The position numbers and the translations under genes are program-made. Below the pieces are notes generated by a model. That model worked only from the letters and a program-made list of their open reading frames with translations, had not been told where the DNA came from and searched no databases. A DNA stretch of 64,000 nt, taken from Limnothrix sp. BL-A-16 (GTDB lineage: Bacteria; Cyanobacteriota; Cyanobacteriia; CACIAM-69d). The DNA lies in contig CP166615.1 of the NCBI GenBank assembly GCA_041937175.2, positions 4,352,001 to 4,416,000 on the forward strand, read 5' to 3'. Of this stretch, positions 39,303-49,929 are shown in pieces. Numbering within the stretch: position 1 is the first letter of the stretch; each line of letters starts with the position of its first letter.

Positions 39303-42165
39303 GTGATCAAACCTCTGATGCCGTAAGGCGTTGAGCACCCCATCCTGGTCAACACCGCTCGCGAAGTGGACACCGGTGATCAAACCTCTGATGCCGTAAG
39401 GCGTTGAGCACTAAAAGTGCCAAAAGAGTACGTGCAATCGATTAAGTGATCAAACCTCTGATGCCGTAAGGCGTTGAGCACTAAAATTCCCGGCGTGGCT
39501 ATCAGCAACTCACAACCGTGATCAAACCTCTGATGCCGTAAGGCGTTGAGCACGTTAGTTGGGGTTGTCGGGTTGCGTGAGTTGCATCGGTGATCAAACC
39601 TCTGATGCCGTAAGGCGTTGAGCACCTGCACCCGATCGTCCTCCAACCCAAACCGCAAGGCGTGATCAAACCTCTGATGCCGTAAGGCGTTGAGCACCTG
39701 ATCAACGATTCCACGGGCGCGTTGGGGTCAGCCTTGTGATCAAACCTCTGATGCCGTAAGGCGTTGAGCACCGTCGCCAAATTGAGATCGCTGTGCGGGC
39801 CCTCCAGCGGGTGATCAAACCTCTGATGCCGTAAGGCGTTGAGCACCAAGACTCGATCAAATCAAGACGGGTATCAAGTCCAGTGATCAAACCTCTGATG
39901 CCGTAAGGCGTTGAGCACGGGCGGCTGGGCGATCGGGAAGTGGTTGGGATTTATGTGATCAAACCTCTGATGCCGTAAGGCGTTGAGCACACTTTGATCC
40001 TTTTGGGTGAGACTGAAGCGGCCCCTTGTGATCAAACCTCTGATGCCGTAAGGCGTTGAGCACGCAAACAAGGGCGGGCGATCCAAGAAAGGTTGTGAGT
40101 GTGATCAAACCTCTGATGCCGTAAGGCGTTGAGCACCAATTGCTCAACCATCTGCTTTTCCCAGTCCTGCCGTGATCAAACCTCTGATGCCGTAAGGCGT
40201 TGAGCACACCGACCACGGAAGGCCCGATCGCAAAACTTCACGAGTGATCAAACCTCTGATGCCGTAAGGCGTTGAGCACTTCTCAGGGGGACGGTTTGAT
40301 CAATTGACCTAGCGCAGTGATCAAACCTCTGATGCCGTAAGGCGTTGAGCACCTCATTTGCCTGGAAACATTTAGAGTTTTGCGAGAATTTGTGATCAAA
40401 CCTCTGATGCCGTAAGGCGTTGAGCACGCGACACGGTGCGAATCACCAACGGGCAGACCACGTGATCAAACCTCTGATGCCGTAAGGCGTTGAGCACATG
40501 ATCCGCCGCTTGCGCTCTTGAGGTACACCAAGTGATCAAACCTCTGATGCCGTAAGGCGTTGAGCACTGCCCAAGGTCGAGGGCGGAGCCTACGGACTGC
40601 CGCCGGTGATCAAACCTCTGATGCCGTAAGGCGTTGAGCACCTCCCAATAAGTGGGAGCGTCTTGCTTTCTGAGGATCGTGATCAAACCTCTGATGCCGT
40701 AAGGCGTTGAGCACTGAGCTGAAACCCTTTAGCTGTAAGGACTCTAGGGTGATCAAACCTCTGATGCCGTAAGGCGTTGAGCACTTCGGGCGTTAAACTT
40801 TCCCCGATCGGCTTGGGTTCGTGATCAAACCTCTGATGCCGTAAGGCGTTGAGCACTAACTAATCACTCAACCTTAGATCGGCGGGACTCAGCGTGATCA
40901 AACCTCTGATGCCGTAAGGCGTTGAGCACTCAATAGGTGATGCAAACAAAAATAACTTGTATCTCGGTGATCAAACCTCTGATGCCGTAAGGCGTTGAGC
41001 ACCGTCCCTCCTGGAGGAATCTGGGCTGAAAAATCGGCTGTGATCAAACCTCTGATGCCGTAAGGCGTTGAGCACCCCCAAGTAGGGGTTCCGCCAACAA
41101 TTTGGAGCGCCTGGTGATCAAACCTCTGATGCCGTAAGGCGTTGAGCACCTTTGAACCGGCTTCAGTTCGAGCGGAATCAGATCCGCCGTGATCAAACCT
41201 CTGATGCCGTAAGGCGTTGAGCACATGCCCGCGTCCTCCTTAACGGTCAGCCCCCTGGCTTGTGATCAAACCTCTGATGCCGTAAGGCGTTGAGCACGCA
41301 GCATTCGCGATGTGCTAGGCGATTTCTACCGAAGTGATCAAACCTCTGATGCCGTAAGGCGTTGAGCACGTCGTTTTTTCCTTCGGAAAAATTTTCTGCA
41401 ACTGGGGTGATCAAACCTCTGATGCCGTAAGGCGTTGAGCACACAGAATTAAGGTCGTCAACGAAACTCCAGACCGTGATCAAACCTCTGATGCCGTAAG
41501 GCGTTGAGCACACTTTCTTTCGCAATAATCCAGACTACGACAGTTTGGAGTGATCAAACCTCTGATGCCGTAAGGCGTTGAGCACCCCAAAGCATCTGGT
41601 CGGTCACAGCATCCCAGCCGATCGTGATCAAACCTCTGATGCCGTAAGGCGTTGAGCACGGGATAAAGTTCATGAATTGGGAACCCCCCGGTAACTGTGA
41701 TCAAACCTCTGATGCCGTAAGGCGTTGAGCACATCTAACCCAGTAACTAACTAAGTAAGGCAGTTAGTGATCAAACCTCTGATGCCGTAAGGCGTTGAGC
41801 ACTCTACTACCTGGACAACAGGCGAGATCCCTACCCTCAGTGATCAAACCTCTGATGCCGTAAGGCGTTGAGCACTGGTCATCGATCTGAAAGCTGACCA
41901 CGTATCCCGCGTGTGATCAAACCTCTGATGCCGTAAGGCGTTGAGCACAACCAAGGCATCCTCGGGCAAGCACCGCCGAATGTTGGTGATCAAACCTCTG
42001 ATGCCGTAAGGCGTTGAGCACATTTTGTCCGTGGCTGCGGTGGCGAGGGCCACCGTGTGATCAAACCTCTGATGCCGTAAGGCGTTGAGCACCCTCCGTC
42101 CGCCGAAGACTACGAGCGCCGAATGGCTGGTGATCAAACCTCTGATGCCGTAAGGCGTTGAGCAC
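39303..42165 (+). CRISPR. CRISPR array: 40 identical 36-bp repeats GTGATCAAACCTCTGATGCCGTAAGGCGTTGAGCAC and 39 spacers (33-39 bp); type I-B (MYXAN-like) repeat family
   Basis: Counted by eye; hairpin ATGCC-GTAA-GGCGT plus 8-nt TTGAGCAC handle; leader on the left and terminator on the right give + orientation. Subtype is inferred from resemblance to cyanobacterial I-B repeats. Confidence 0.97.
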
Positions 42166-42210
42166 ATCGCCAGCACAGCAAAACACTCGTTCCAGTCCTG
42201 TTCCAATCCC

Positions 42211-42254
42211 GTGAGGTGGTGAGTCTGTCATCAGATTCGCCACCTCACCTTTTT
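42211..42254 (+). terminator. Intrinsic terminator of the pre-crRNA
   Basis: GTGAGGTGGTGAGTCTG-TCAT-CAGATTCGCCACCTCAC 17-bp stem (2 G-U pairs) followed by CTTTTT. Confidence 0.75.
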
Positions 42255-42923
42255 AATTGCCTCCACCTCCTTCAAATCCTTTTGCATCAGTAGAAACCCG
42301 TACTCCCCAAAATCGGAGCTTTAACCCGCCGATTCATACCTGGCTTACTCTCCGCCGCTCTCCGCCTCCGCTTCGTCACCCCCCGATCGCCTGTGATCTG
42401 TCACCACGTCACCAATTGATTCAGAAAACGCCCATCTTTCGCGTTCATTAGAGAGCGGAAATCAGCCGAAAGATAATCTTTGCATTTTTGTCTATTCCTC
42501 AATTCTGAAGCCTATTCCGTAACCTTCATCTGGAAAGCCTTGTCCCAATCGATCGACGGCGGTTGGCTGTCTCTTGGGTTTAATGAAACTAATTAGGAAA
42601 GCTTGCGACAATCATAGGTTGCTGAAATATTTGATTGCTTTGCATTCATATTGTTTTTATGTGCTTAACGATACCTAAAGGCAGGAAAATCGAGATTTTT
42701 CAAGTATAAAAACATTCATCAAACGCTAAGAACGATCAAATGTGCAAAGACTGAAAAATTGTATATTTGAATACGGTTTAAGATAAAATTAAAGAATTTC
42801 AAAAACTTGTAAAAAAATAATTCATGGTGACTTTTCCAAAAAAATTGGAGTACACTACCTGGGGAGTGCAGGCGTGCAAATACAGAGCGTCGCCGACCGT
42901 TAGCAACGTAAACAGTGACAGTC

Positions 42924-43130
42924 ATGGGAAATAGCACAAAGTCCTCGAAATTTCCGATTGTTATTGAAATGGAGCCACAGGCAAACTCTGACATCGAAGA
43001 ATTGGTGAACTCCGGCAAAGGTCTCATTTGTGACAACGTGTCCGTTGCCCTAGAACAACTGAAAGCCCAAGGAATTTTGCCCGAAAGCGTCATCCCCGTA
43101 TTTGTTGTTGTTGCATCCTCCGACGACTAG
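42924..43130 (+). CDS. Small (68 aa) hypothetical protein, first gene of the PKS cluster
   Basis: ATG ORF; homologous to the C-terminal domain of 45212-46150, which supports it being a real gene. Confidence 0.75.
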   Translation: MGNSTKSSKFPIVIEMEPQANSDIEELVNSGKGLICDNVSVALEQLKAQGILPESVIPVFVVVASSDD

Positions 43131-43246
43131 TGAAGAACTGATGTGCAATCATCCCCAAAGGCCGCTGAGCTGAAGCTTGAGCTGAAGTTTTGGGGACAGA
43201 TTTCGCAAGTGTCCGATCGTCCCGTGTAAGCATCAGCACAAATTTA

Positions 43247-44971
43247 ATGATTCAGCCCGATCTGATCCCGATCCCACTGGAATTGCCGCCAGAGCAAAGA
43301 TTGCTCCCGGTTAATGACTTAAGCTTCCTGAAGAACCGAATCGTTTTGGTGTTGTACGAGGTTTCTCGGCTGACCCTCAAGTACTCCCTCAAGAATGCGA
43401 TGGGTGCAGCCAACCTCAAAGCAGAGCTGGCTCGGGATATTCGGTTCTCCATCGAAAAGCTGGGGGGATTGCTGATTAAGGTGGGTCAGCTCCTGTCGCT
43501 TCGTCTGGATCTCTTCCCCGCCGAAATTTGCCAAGAACTCTCCAAGCTTCAGGATCGATCCTATGGGTTTTCCCTGGACTATGTTCGGCAAATTATCCAA
43601 GAGGAATTAGGTCTCCCTCTGGAAAGGATATTCGTTGAGTTTGAAGAGCGGCCCTTTGCGGCTGCGTCAATCTCGCAAGTCCACAGGGCCCGAATCCCGT
43701 CCTTTCCTGGTGTGGTTGCCGTTAAGGTTCAGCGCCCAGATGTCGAAGAAAAGTTTAGCCAAGATCTACAGCTCATCCGCTTCCTGCTCTCCCTCATCAA
43801 AAAGCTGAAGCTACAGAGCTATGTGGATTGGGACAGCATCAGCCTAGAGCTGGATCAAATGATTCAGGAGGAAATTGATTATCGCTACGAAGCATCCAAT
43901 CTAGAGCAGATGGCAGCAACGCTCAGGGAACATAACATCTATGTTCCTGCTTTGATTGCTGACTACAGCACCAAAAAAGTCCTGACCACGGAATATATTC
44001 CCGGCATTTTGATGTCAGATTATATCCGCGCCGCCAGCACTGATCCCGAATATCTAGAAAAGATTCTTCGACTCAATAATATTGACCCGGAGTTGGTGGG
44101 CAAGCGTCTTTTTGAAAGTTTCTTCCGTCAAATGCTGGAAGATAACCTATTCCATGGGGACTTGCATCCTGGCAACATCATGCTGCTGCGGGATAGTCAC
44201 ATTTGCCTCATTGATTTGGGGGCGATCGGCAGTCTCGATTCCCACTTTCTGCGCTACTACCGGCGCAGTATGCAGGCCCTTGGAGAACGGGACTACGATC
44301 GAGCACTGGATTACAGTTTGATGTTGTGCGATTCCCTACCCGCAGGAGACATTGAAAACGTCAAAACGCAGCTCACCCAGTGCTATCGTCAGTGGGATGC
44401 CAAAATGAACATCCGCAGTCTTTCATACAATGAGAAGTCGATCGGCTCGATCGGTGTTCAAATTGGAACAGTCATGCGCAAGAACCGCATTTCCTCCAGT
44501 TGGCAATTGCTGCGAGTCTTCCGCACCTGGGGATTGATGGATGCTTCCTTGAACTATCTAATTCCCAACGCAGATTACATGAGTCTCGTTGGCGGATATT
44601 TTCGAGGTGCCGTTAAGCGCAGTCAGCTTCAGCTTAAGCAACTTGGCATCAATGGCATTGTGATGCAACTCACAGAAAAAGTTGCCGAACTTTCCGATCT
44701 GACAACGATCGAGCTTCGTAGTAAAGCAGTTCGCAAAAAAACAGTTGTTGATCAGAAAACCTCGTCAAAGCTCGCTGACAAAGCTAAAAAACTAATCTGG
44801 CTAGCGATCATCGTTCTGGCTTGGGTTTTCCTGCACCAACACCTCGAAATAGCCGTGAACTGGCTACCACCTAATCAATACTCGGCTTGGGCTGAAAGCA
44901 TCCCAGATCTCGCTATTGAAGTTTGGGTTGGGATCCTAATCTTCTGGGTCTACCTACTCAAAATTCTCTAG
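43247..44971 (+). CDS. AarF/UbiB/ABC1 family atypical kinase with C-terminal TM helices
   Basis: IKVGQLLS (KxGQ), AAASISQVH, VAVKVQRP, FHGDLHPGN, IDLG. Confidence 0.92.
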   Translation: MIQPDLIPIPLELPPEQRLLPVNDLSFLKNRIVLVLYEVSRLTLKYSLKNAMGAANLKAELARDIRFSIEKLGGLLIKVGQLLSLRLDLFPAEICQELSKLQDRSYGFSLDYVRQIIQEELGLPLERIFVEFEERPFAAASISQVHRARIPSFPGVVAVKVQRPDVEEKFSQDLQLIRFLLSLIKKLKLQSYVDWDSISLELDQMIQEEIDYRYEASNLEQMAATLREHNIYVPALIADYSTKKVLTTEYIPGILMSDYIRAASTDPEYLEKILRLNNIDPELVGKRLFESFFRQMLEDNLFHGDLHPGNIMLLRDSHICLIDLGAIGSLDSHFLRYYRRSMQALGERDYDRALDYSLMLCDSLPAGDIENVKTQLTQCYRQWDAKMNIRSLSYNEKSIGSIGVQIGTVMRKNRISSSWQLLRVFRTWGLMDASLNYLIPNADYMSLVGGYFRGAVKRSQLQLKQLGINGIVMQLTEKVAELSDLTTIELRSKAVRKKTVVDQKTSSKLADKAKKLIWLAIIVLAWVFLHQHLEIAVNWLPPNQYSAWAESIPDLAIEVWVGILIFWVYLLKIL

Positions 44972-45211
44972 TTTTGATGACATTTTTTCTTGGAGGTCAA
45001 TCCGATTCATGTAGAATATTAAGAAAGTCGAACATGCTTATTCGGCTATCAGGAAATATTCTAAAATTCGCGAGAGATGGTTGTTTTGTGAATTAAATTC
45101 AGGTCAGCATTAATACTTCAGTATTTAACACTCCAGTATTAATGAGCATGTCTGTTTTTATTCAATAGTTTGGTTTGGAAATGACACCAATCATCCAAGG
45201 TTCTAATCGCC

Positions 45212-46150
45212 ATGACTTCAGTACTGCATTTTGATGGTCAGTCGAATTACATCCGAATTCCCCATCAAGAGTCTCTCTCCCCCGTTAATAACTTCACCTT
45301 CGAAGCTTGGCTGAACGCTGGGCAAATTGGCGGTTACCTACGCTTATTCTCTAAATTTCCAGGCTTTGGCTTTGGCCTCATCAACGAAGCACTACTTTTT
45401 ACGGAATATTGGATTGTTGACTATGCAGCCCCCGTCGCGATCGAAGCGGGCACTTGGTATCACGTCGCCATCGTCTTCAACGCTGACAACGATGTGCTCT
45501 TCTATCTCGATGGAGAGCTAATCCAGACCATCCTAGGCGACACCCCCGCCTCCGCCACCCAAAGCCCCCTCGAAATTGGCCGCAAAGCAGAGGGCCACGG
45601 CGAATATTTCCAAGGCGATTTGACCGAAGTTCGGTTCTGGGGCACTGCTCGCACTCAAGAGCAAATCCAAGCCTATAAGTCCTATCGATTGCTCGGATCT
45701 GAGGAAAATCTATTGGGCTATTGGCCTTTAAACGAAGGCAGCGGAGATGTCATCCACGACAAGAGCACCGCTGCTAACCACGGCACTTTGCAAGGCTCCC
45801 CCATTTGGAAGAGTGCTGCACTGGAACTCCCAGAAATTCTTCCTCACATCCCGCTGCCCGCTGAGGTTCAAGAAGCCGAAGCCGCTGCCGCCGAAGCCGC
45901 TGCCGCAACCGACACCATCCCTAGCCCTGGTTCCTTCCCCATCATTGTTGAACTGGAATCCGATGAAGCAACGCCCGATCGGTGCTTCGAAGAGTTGCTG
46001 ACCAAAGGAAATGGTGTGATTTACAACGGAGTCACCCAAACCCTCGTCGCCATGCGGGAGCAAGGACAAATCACCAAAGCAACAACCCCCGTTTTTGTCA
46101 TTATTCGGCGCACTCCTGAAGCCAAGAGCCTACTGCCATTTTCTCTGTAG
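45212..46150 (+). CDS. LamG-like jellyroll (ConA/pentraxin-like) protein fused to the small cluster domain
   Basis: L.FDG...Y, FTFEAW, W.HVA, FQG.L.EVRFW..AR, GYWPLNEG.G; Ala/Glu linker; C-terminal FPIIVE...PVFVII domain. Confidence 0.82.
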   Translation: MTSVLHFDGQSNYIRIPHQESLSPVNNFTFEAWLNAGQIGGYLRLFSKFPGFGFGLINEALLFTEYWIVDYAAPVAIEAGTWYHVAIVFNADNDVLFYLDGELIQTILGDTPASATQSPLEIGRKAEGHGEYFQGDLTEVRFWGTARTQEQIQAYKSYRLLGSEENLLGYWPLNEGSGDVIHDKSTAANHGTLQGSPIWKSAALELPEILPHIPLPAEVQEAEAAAAEAAAATDTIPSPGSFPIIVELESDEATPDRCFEELLTKGNGVIYNGVTQTLVAMREQGQITKATTPVFVIIRRTPEAKSLLPFSL

Positions 46151-46316
46151 CATCCCCGAGAGCCAAGGCTAGTTGTCCAAGCCAAGGGTTGGAAAATTCA
46201 ACAACCCTGAGCCTAAGCTTCTATGCCCCTCACCGCCTCGCCTCAGAGCGTTTCAGAACGAGTTTCACAGGTCAATCAATTCTAGTTACGAGTTCTAGTT
46301 ACAAGGAGTTTGATTC

Positions 46317-47213
46317 ATGAGCAGCGGTAACTACAAAAACCTGGCACTGCAAGCAGGAGGCGTGTTAGGAACAGCCTACGTAGGGGTTGTGCAAGCCCTG
46401 AGTGAGCGCGGTCTTCTCTCCAAATTTGAGCGAGTTGCCGGGGCCTCCGCAGGAGCCATTATGGGAACCTTAATTGCCCTGAGGTTCTCGGCAGCAGAGA
46501 TCGAAGAAATTATGGTGAACCTGAACCTATCAGAGTTCACCGATCCCACCAGCCCGATTAATCTCGTCCAGAATTATGGTTACTACGCCGGGGATGTTTT
46601 CTATAAGTGGATTCAAGACATCATCGCGCGCAAACTAACAACAACCGCCACCTTTGCAGATCTCGTAGATGCTGGATTTGCCGATCTGTATATCTTCGGC
46701 ACAGACTTGACCGCTCGAGGATTGCGGGAGTTTTCCTGCCGCTCCACTCCTGACGCACAAGTTGCGGGCGCAGTGCGCGCTTCCATGTCTATTCCCTTCT
46801 TTTTCCAAGCTTGGCAATTTCCTGGTGGCATTCCCGATAACCACTACTATGTCGATGGTGGCTTGATCTTGCCCTACCCCCTGTGGACATTTGATTATCC
46901 GCCCTTCATCAGCGAAGATGGCTACAACGAAGAAACCTTGGGCGTGAGCTTAAGAACCGGCTTCAGCCCCTCCGGTCTAGAAAAAAGCTTTGACCTGAAG
47001 GAGTATTTTGAAAGCCTATTTGAGGCTGCATCCTCCATCCGAATCAGCTCTAGGAACCAAGAGCGGACGATCACCGTTGACACCTTGAATCTCTCGCCCA
47101 CTGATTTCAACATGAGCGACGAGAATAAGATGCGGCTAGTGAAAAGTGGTTATGATGCCACCGTAGAATTCTTCAAACTCAAGGATGAACTGGCAGTGCT
47201 CTCTGCTGCTTAA
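46317..47213 (+). CDS. Patatin-like phospholipase/acyl hydrolase
   Basis: AGGVLG oxyanion loop, GASAG nucleophile, ASMSIP, DGG; RBS AAGGAG. Confidence 0.92.
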   Translation: MSSGNYKNLALQAGGVLGTAYVGVVQALSERGLLSKFERVAGASAGAIMGTLIALRFSAAEIEEIMVNLNLSEFTDPTSPINLVQNYGYYAGDVFYKWIQDIIARKLTTTATFADLVDAGFADLYIFGTDLTARGLREFSCRSTPDAQVAGAVRASMSIPFFFQAWQFPGGIPDNHYYVDGGLILPYPLWTFDYPPFISEDGYNEETLGVSLRTGFSPSGLEKSFDLKEYFESLFEAASSIRISSRNQERTITVDTLNLSPTDFNMSDENKMRLVKSGYDATVEFFKLKDELAVLSAA

Positions 47214-47403
47214 GTGAGTGATGAATTCATGGGAGCAATGTCATTTCCCCATCTAAATTGGTCATGATATCGCGTTGACTAACTTGGGTATCTGTTCCCA
47301 ATCTGACAAGCATAATCAGTGCTAGCAAAGGCACTTTATGCAAAATTTTCTTAATTGGTCAGTTAGCTTCTCTCTGTCCTGCCACAAAGGGATGATTGCT
47401 CCC

Positions 47404-48678
47404 ATGAAATTTGGAATTGTCTGCCCACCTGTTCCAGGACATCTCTACGGGATGATGACCATTGGGCGGGAGCTAGAAAGGCGTGGGCACTCCGTTTACT
47501 TATTAGGAATCGGAGATGTTGAACCCTACGCTCGAAAGGGAGGGGTTGGTTTTGTTGAAATTGGAAAAGAGGAGTTTCCACCTGGAGCCTTAGACCAATA
47601 CCTCGACCTCATTCGTAATGTGACAATTTCCACAATTCGTAAGGGCGTTGCCTGGGCAGAGGTCATGTGTCAAGCCCTCTGCCGTGACGGGGCAACGGCT
47701 GCTCGTGAACTTGGTTTAGATGGTCTGTTGGTCGATCAAAGCCAAACGGAGGGAAAGACCATTTCCGACTTAACAGGGATTCCCTTCCTATCCATTTGCA
47801 ATGCTCTCAATCTGGAGGGCGATGCTTCTGGTGAGGCTCCGCCGCCCTTTGTTTCTTGGTATCCTGCACAAGGAAAAGCCCTATTTCGCCTCAGAAACCG
47901 TCTGGGCAATTGGGCTTTTTCTGCTGTTTTGAATCCCATCATCGCCACCACTAATAAGCTCAGAAAAGCTCACAGTTTGCCGTTACTTCAAAATTGGGAA
48001 AATTGTATTTCGCCCTTGGGTGTCATTAGTAATTTTCCATCGAAGCTAGATTTTTCCAGGGGCTTGAATCAGCGTCCCATTTTTTATACGGGGCCCTACC
48101 TGGATGAGCGGCCTAATGATGTGGCCTTTGATTGGAGCCTGTTAGATGGACGGCCTTTGGTCTATGCATCCATGGGCACGTTGCACACAGCTAAAAAGGA
48201 GATTTTGAGCGCCATTGTGGCTGCCTGCTCCACATTGCCTGTGCAGTTGGTTCTGAGTTTGGGGCAATGGACTTTGGAACAAGCTGATCAGTCTTTTCCT
48301 GCTGGCACGATCGCCGTACCCTATGCGCCTCAGCTTGCTCTGCTCCGGCGAGCATCCTTGGCAATCACGCATGGGGGTGCGAATACGGTTTTGGAAGCGC
48401 TTTCTTTTGGCTGTCCCTTGATTACGATTCCGCTGGCTAGCGATCAGCCTGCTGTTTCTGCTCGTGTCACTTGGGCGGGTGCAGGGACAACCATCGCTCA
48501 AAAGCAAGTGGATGCAGTACGGCTACGTCAATTGATTGTTCAGGTTTTGGAGAACCCCGATTTCAAAAATTGTGCTGGAGTTATGAAGACAGAAATTGAG
48601 AATTCCGGAGGTGTGAAAGCAGCGGTCAATGTAATTGAATCAGTCTTTAGTTCTGCTACTATTTCTGCTGCCCGTTAG
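47404..48678 (+). CDS. GT1 (MGT/CrtX-like) glycosyltransferase
   Basis: PPVPGH, LVYASMGT, APQLALL, ITHGGANT.LE, DQP. Confidence 0.9.
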   Translation: MKFGIVCPPVPGHLYGMMTIGRELERRGHSVYLLGIGDVEPYARKGGVGFVEIGKEEFPPGALDQYLDLIRNVTISTIRKGVAWAEVMCQALCRDGATAARELGLDGLLVDQSQTEGKTISDLTGIPFLSICNALNLEGDASGEAPPPFVSWYPAQGKALFRLRNRLGNWAFSAVLNPIIATTNKLRKAHSLPLLQNWENCISPLGVISNFPSKLDFSRGLNQRPIFYTGPYLDERPNDVAFDWSLLDGRPLVYASMGTLHTAKKEILSAIVAACSTLPVQLVLSLGQWTLEQADQSFPAGTIAVPYAPQLALLRRASLAITHGGANTVLEALSFGCPLITIPLASDQPAVSARVTWAGAGTTIAQKQVDAVRLRQLIVQVLENPDFKNCAGVMKTEIENSGGVKAAVNVIESVFSSATISAAR

Positions 48679-49271
48679 GCAATAAAAATCTGAAATAATT
48701 GAAACAATAAACAAAATTGATCAATAAAAAGCAACTAAATTAAACCAAATTCAAGCTCAAATTACAGTCATGCCGTAATTCAATATTAGTAATTCAATAT
48801 TGATGAACTAGCGAAAGTCTTGCAATGTCAGCAATTAGTCACCACAAATCATTACCTCATAAATATAGCCTTTACCTCAAACGATTGGTACGTCAGATCG
48901 CAGATGATTACGAAGCTGTTAGTCGGTGGGTATTGCTCACCCTACAGTTCGCTGTACTTATTAAGTGAGGTAAGGACTGTATCACCTAAATTGTTTTGTT
49001 GATTATTTCAATATTATTTTTCAAGTATGATTTGAAAATTTCCATATCTACTCAATTAAATTTTTCGCCACGGGGTTGTGCTCAAAGTGCCCTGCTCAAA
49101 CTTCATTGCTAGGAAATTGTTGTTTAAAAAAGGACGATTTTTTGGCAACTGAAATTGATTTCTGCGTTTTTAAGAAATGATTTTTAAAAATCTACTTGAT
49201 ATTCTGATTTGGCTTGACATTTAATGAGGATATAAATTAATCTGGATGAGGATTGAGTTTGATTTTGAGGA

Positions 49272-49589
49272 ATGCCAGAAGCCATGCGAACTCCCATTCA
49301 GGTTGGATCAGAAATCAAGCGAATCATCACATTTGAGGTTAACTCAATTGGTGAAGCCATGCCGGTTGTGATTTATAAAAAGAAGGTCGTTGACCCTGCT
49401 GCCCAACCAGGTGCGATCGAGGTTGCTCCAGTTTCTGCTAAGGGAATTTTGGAAAAGATTGTCGATTCGCAAATTCAGGCTGCCAGTGAGTTCAAAGTTC
49501 TCAATGAGCAATCAGGGGAGAAGTGGCTTAAAGACCTGGCCAAGAACATCTCACTCGCCATTGTTAAAGGCGGAGATGCACTTGCTTAA
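49272..49589 (+). CDS. Small hypothetical protein (105 aa)
   Basis: ATG ORF with GAGG RBS in AT-rich DNA, followed by a terminator; PVVIYKK...WLKDL pattern. Confidence 0.65.
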   Translation: MPEAMRTPIQVGSEIKRIITFEVNSIGEAMPVVIYKKKVVDPAAQPGAIEVAPVSAKGILEKIVDSQIQAASEFKVLNEQSGEKWLKDLAKNISLAIVKGGDALA

Positions 49590-49611
49590 ATGGCGAGTTT
49601 TTCAGTCGGAC

Positions 49612-49650
49612 TAAACAAGGATGCTGGCTTGTTTGGCATCCTTGTTTAAT
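49612..49650 (+). terminator. Hairpin/terminator after the 105-aa gene
   Basis: TAAACAAGGATGC...GCATCCTTGTTTA 13-bp perfect stem. Confidence 0.65.
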
Positions 49651-49929
49651 TATGATCTCAATCTGCAAAAAGTTCAAATCGGTGAAAACTTAGACATCAT
49701 ACTAAATATCATCAACTTTTTTGCCTTGAGTATAGAGTTCCTCTGAGAGATTTTAATTGAAAGCTTTTAATAGAAGGCTTTTGATTGAAAGCTTTCTTCA
49801 GAAATTGATGATATCTTTGTCGAGAATTTTTCAAAAAGATTGTCGAAAAATTGTTTATCAACAAACACTAAAAATTTCCAGGGCCAACAGTAGCTATAAT
49901 TTGCCCTTGAAGCGATAAAGGATAAAAGC

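Noticed and set aside
40715..40748. Spacer 20 shares CTGAAACCCTT with the reverse complement of the leader (39284-39294)
   Set aside because: Only 11 bp match, too short to call self-targeting; similar motifs are dispersed elsewhere in the window
39380..42243. Multiple minus-strand ORFs with repeated VLNALRHQRFDH / CSTPYGIRGLIT peptides
   Set aside because: These are translations of the CRISPR repeats, not genes
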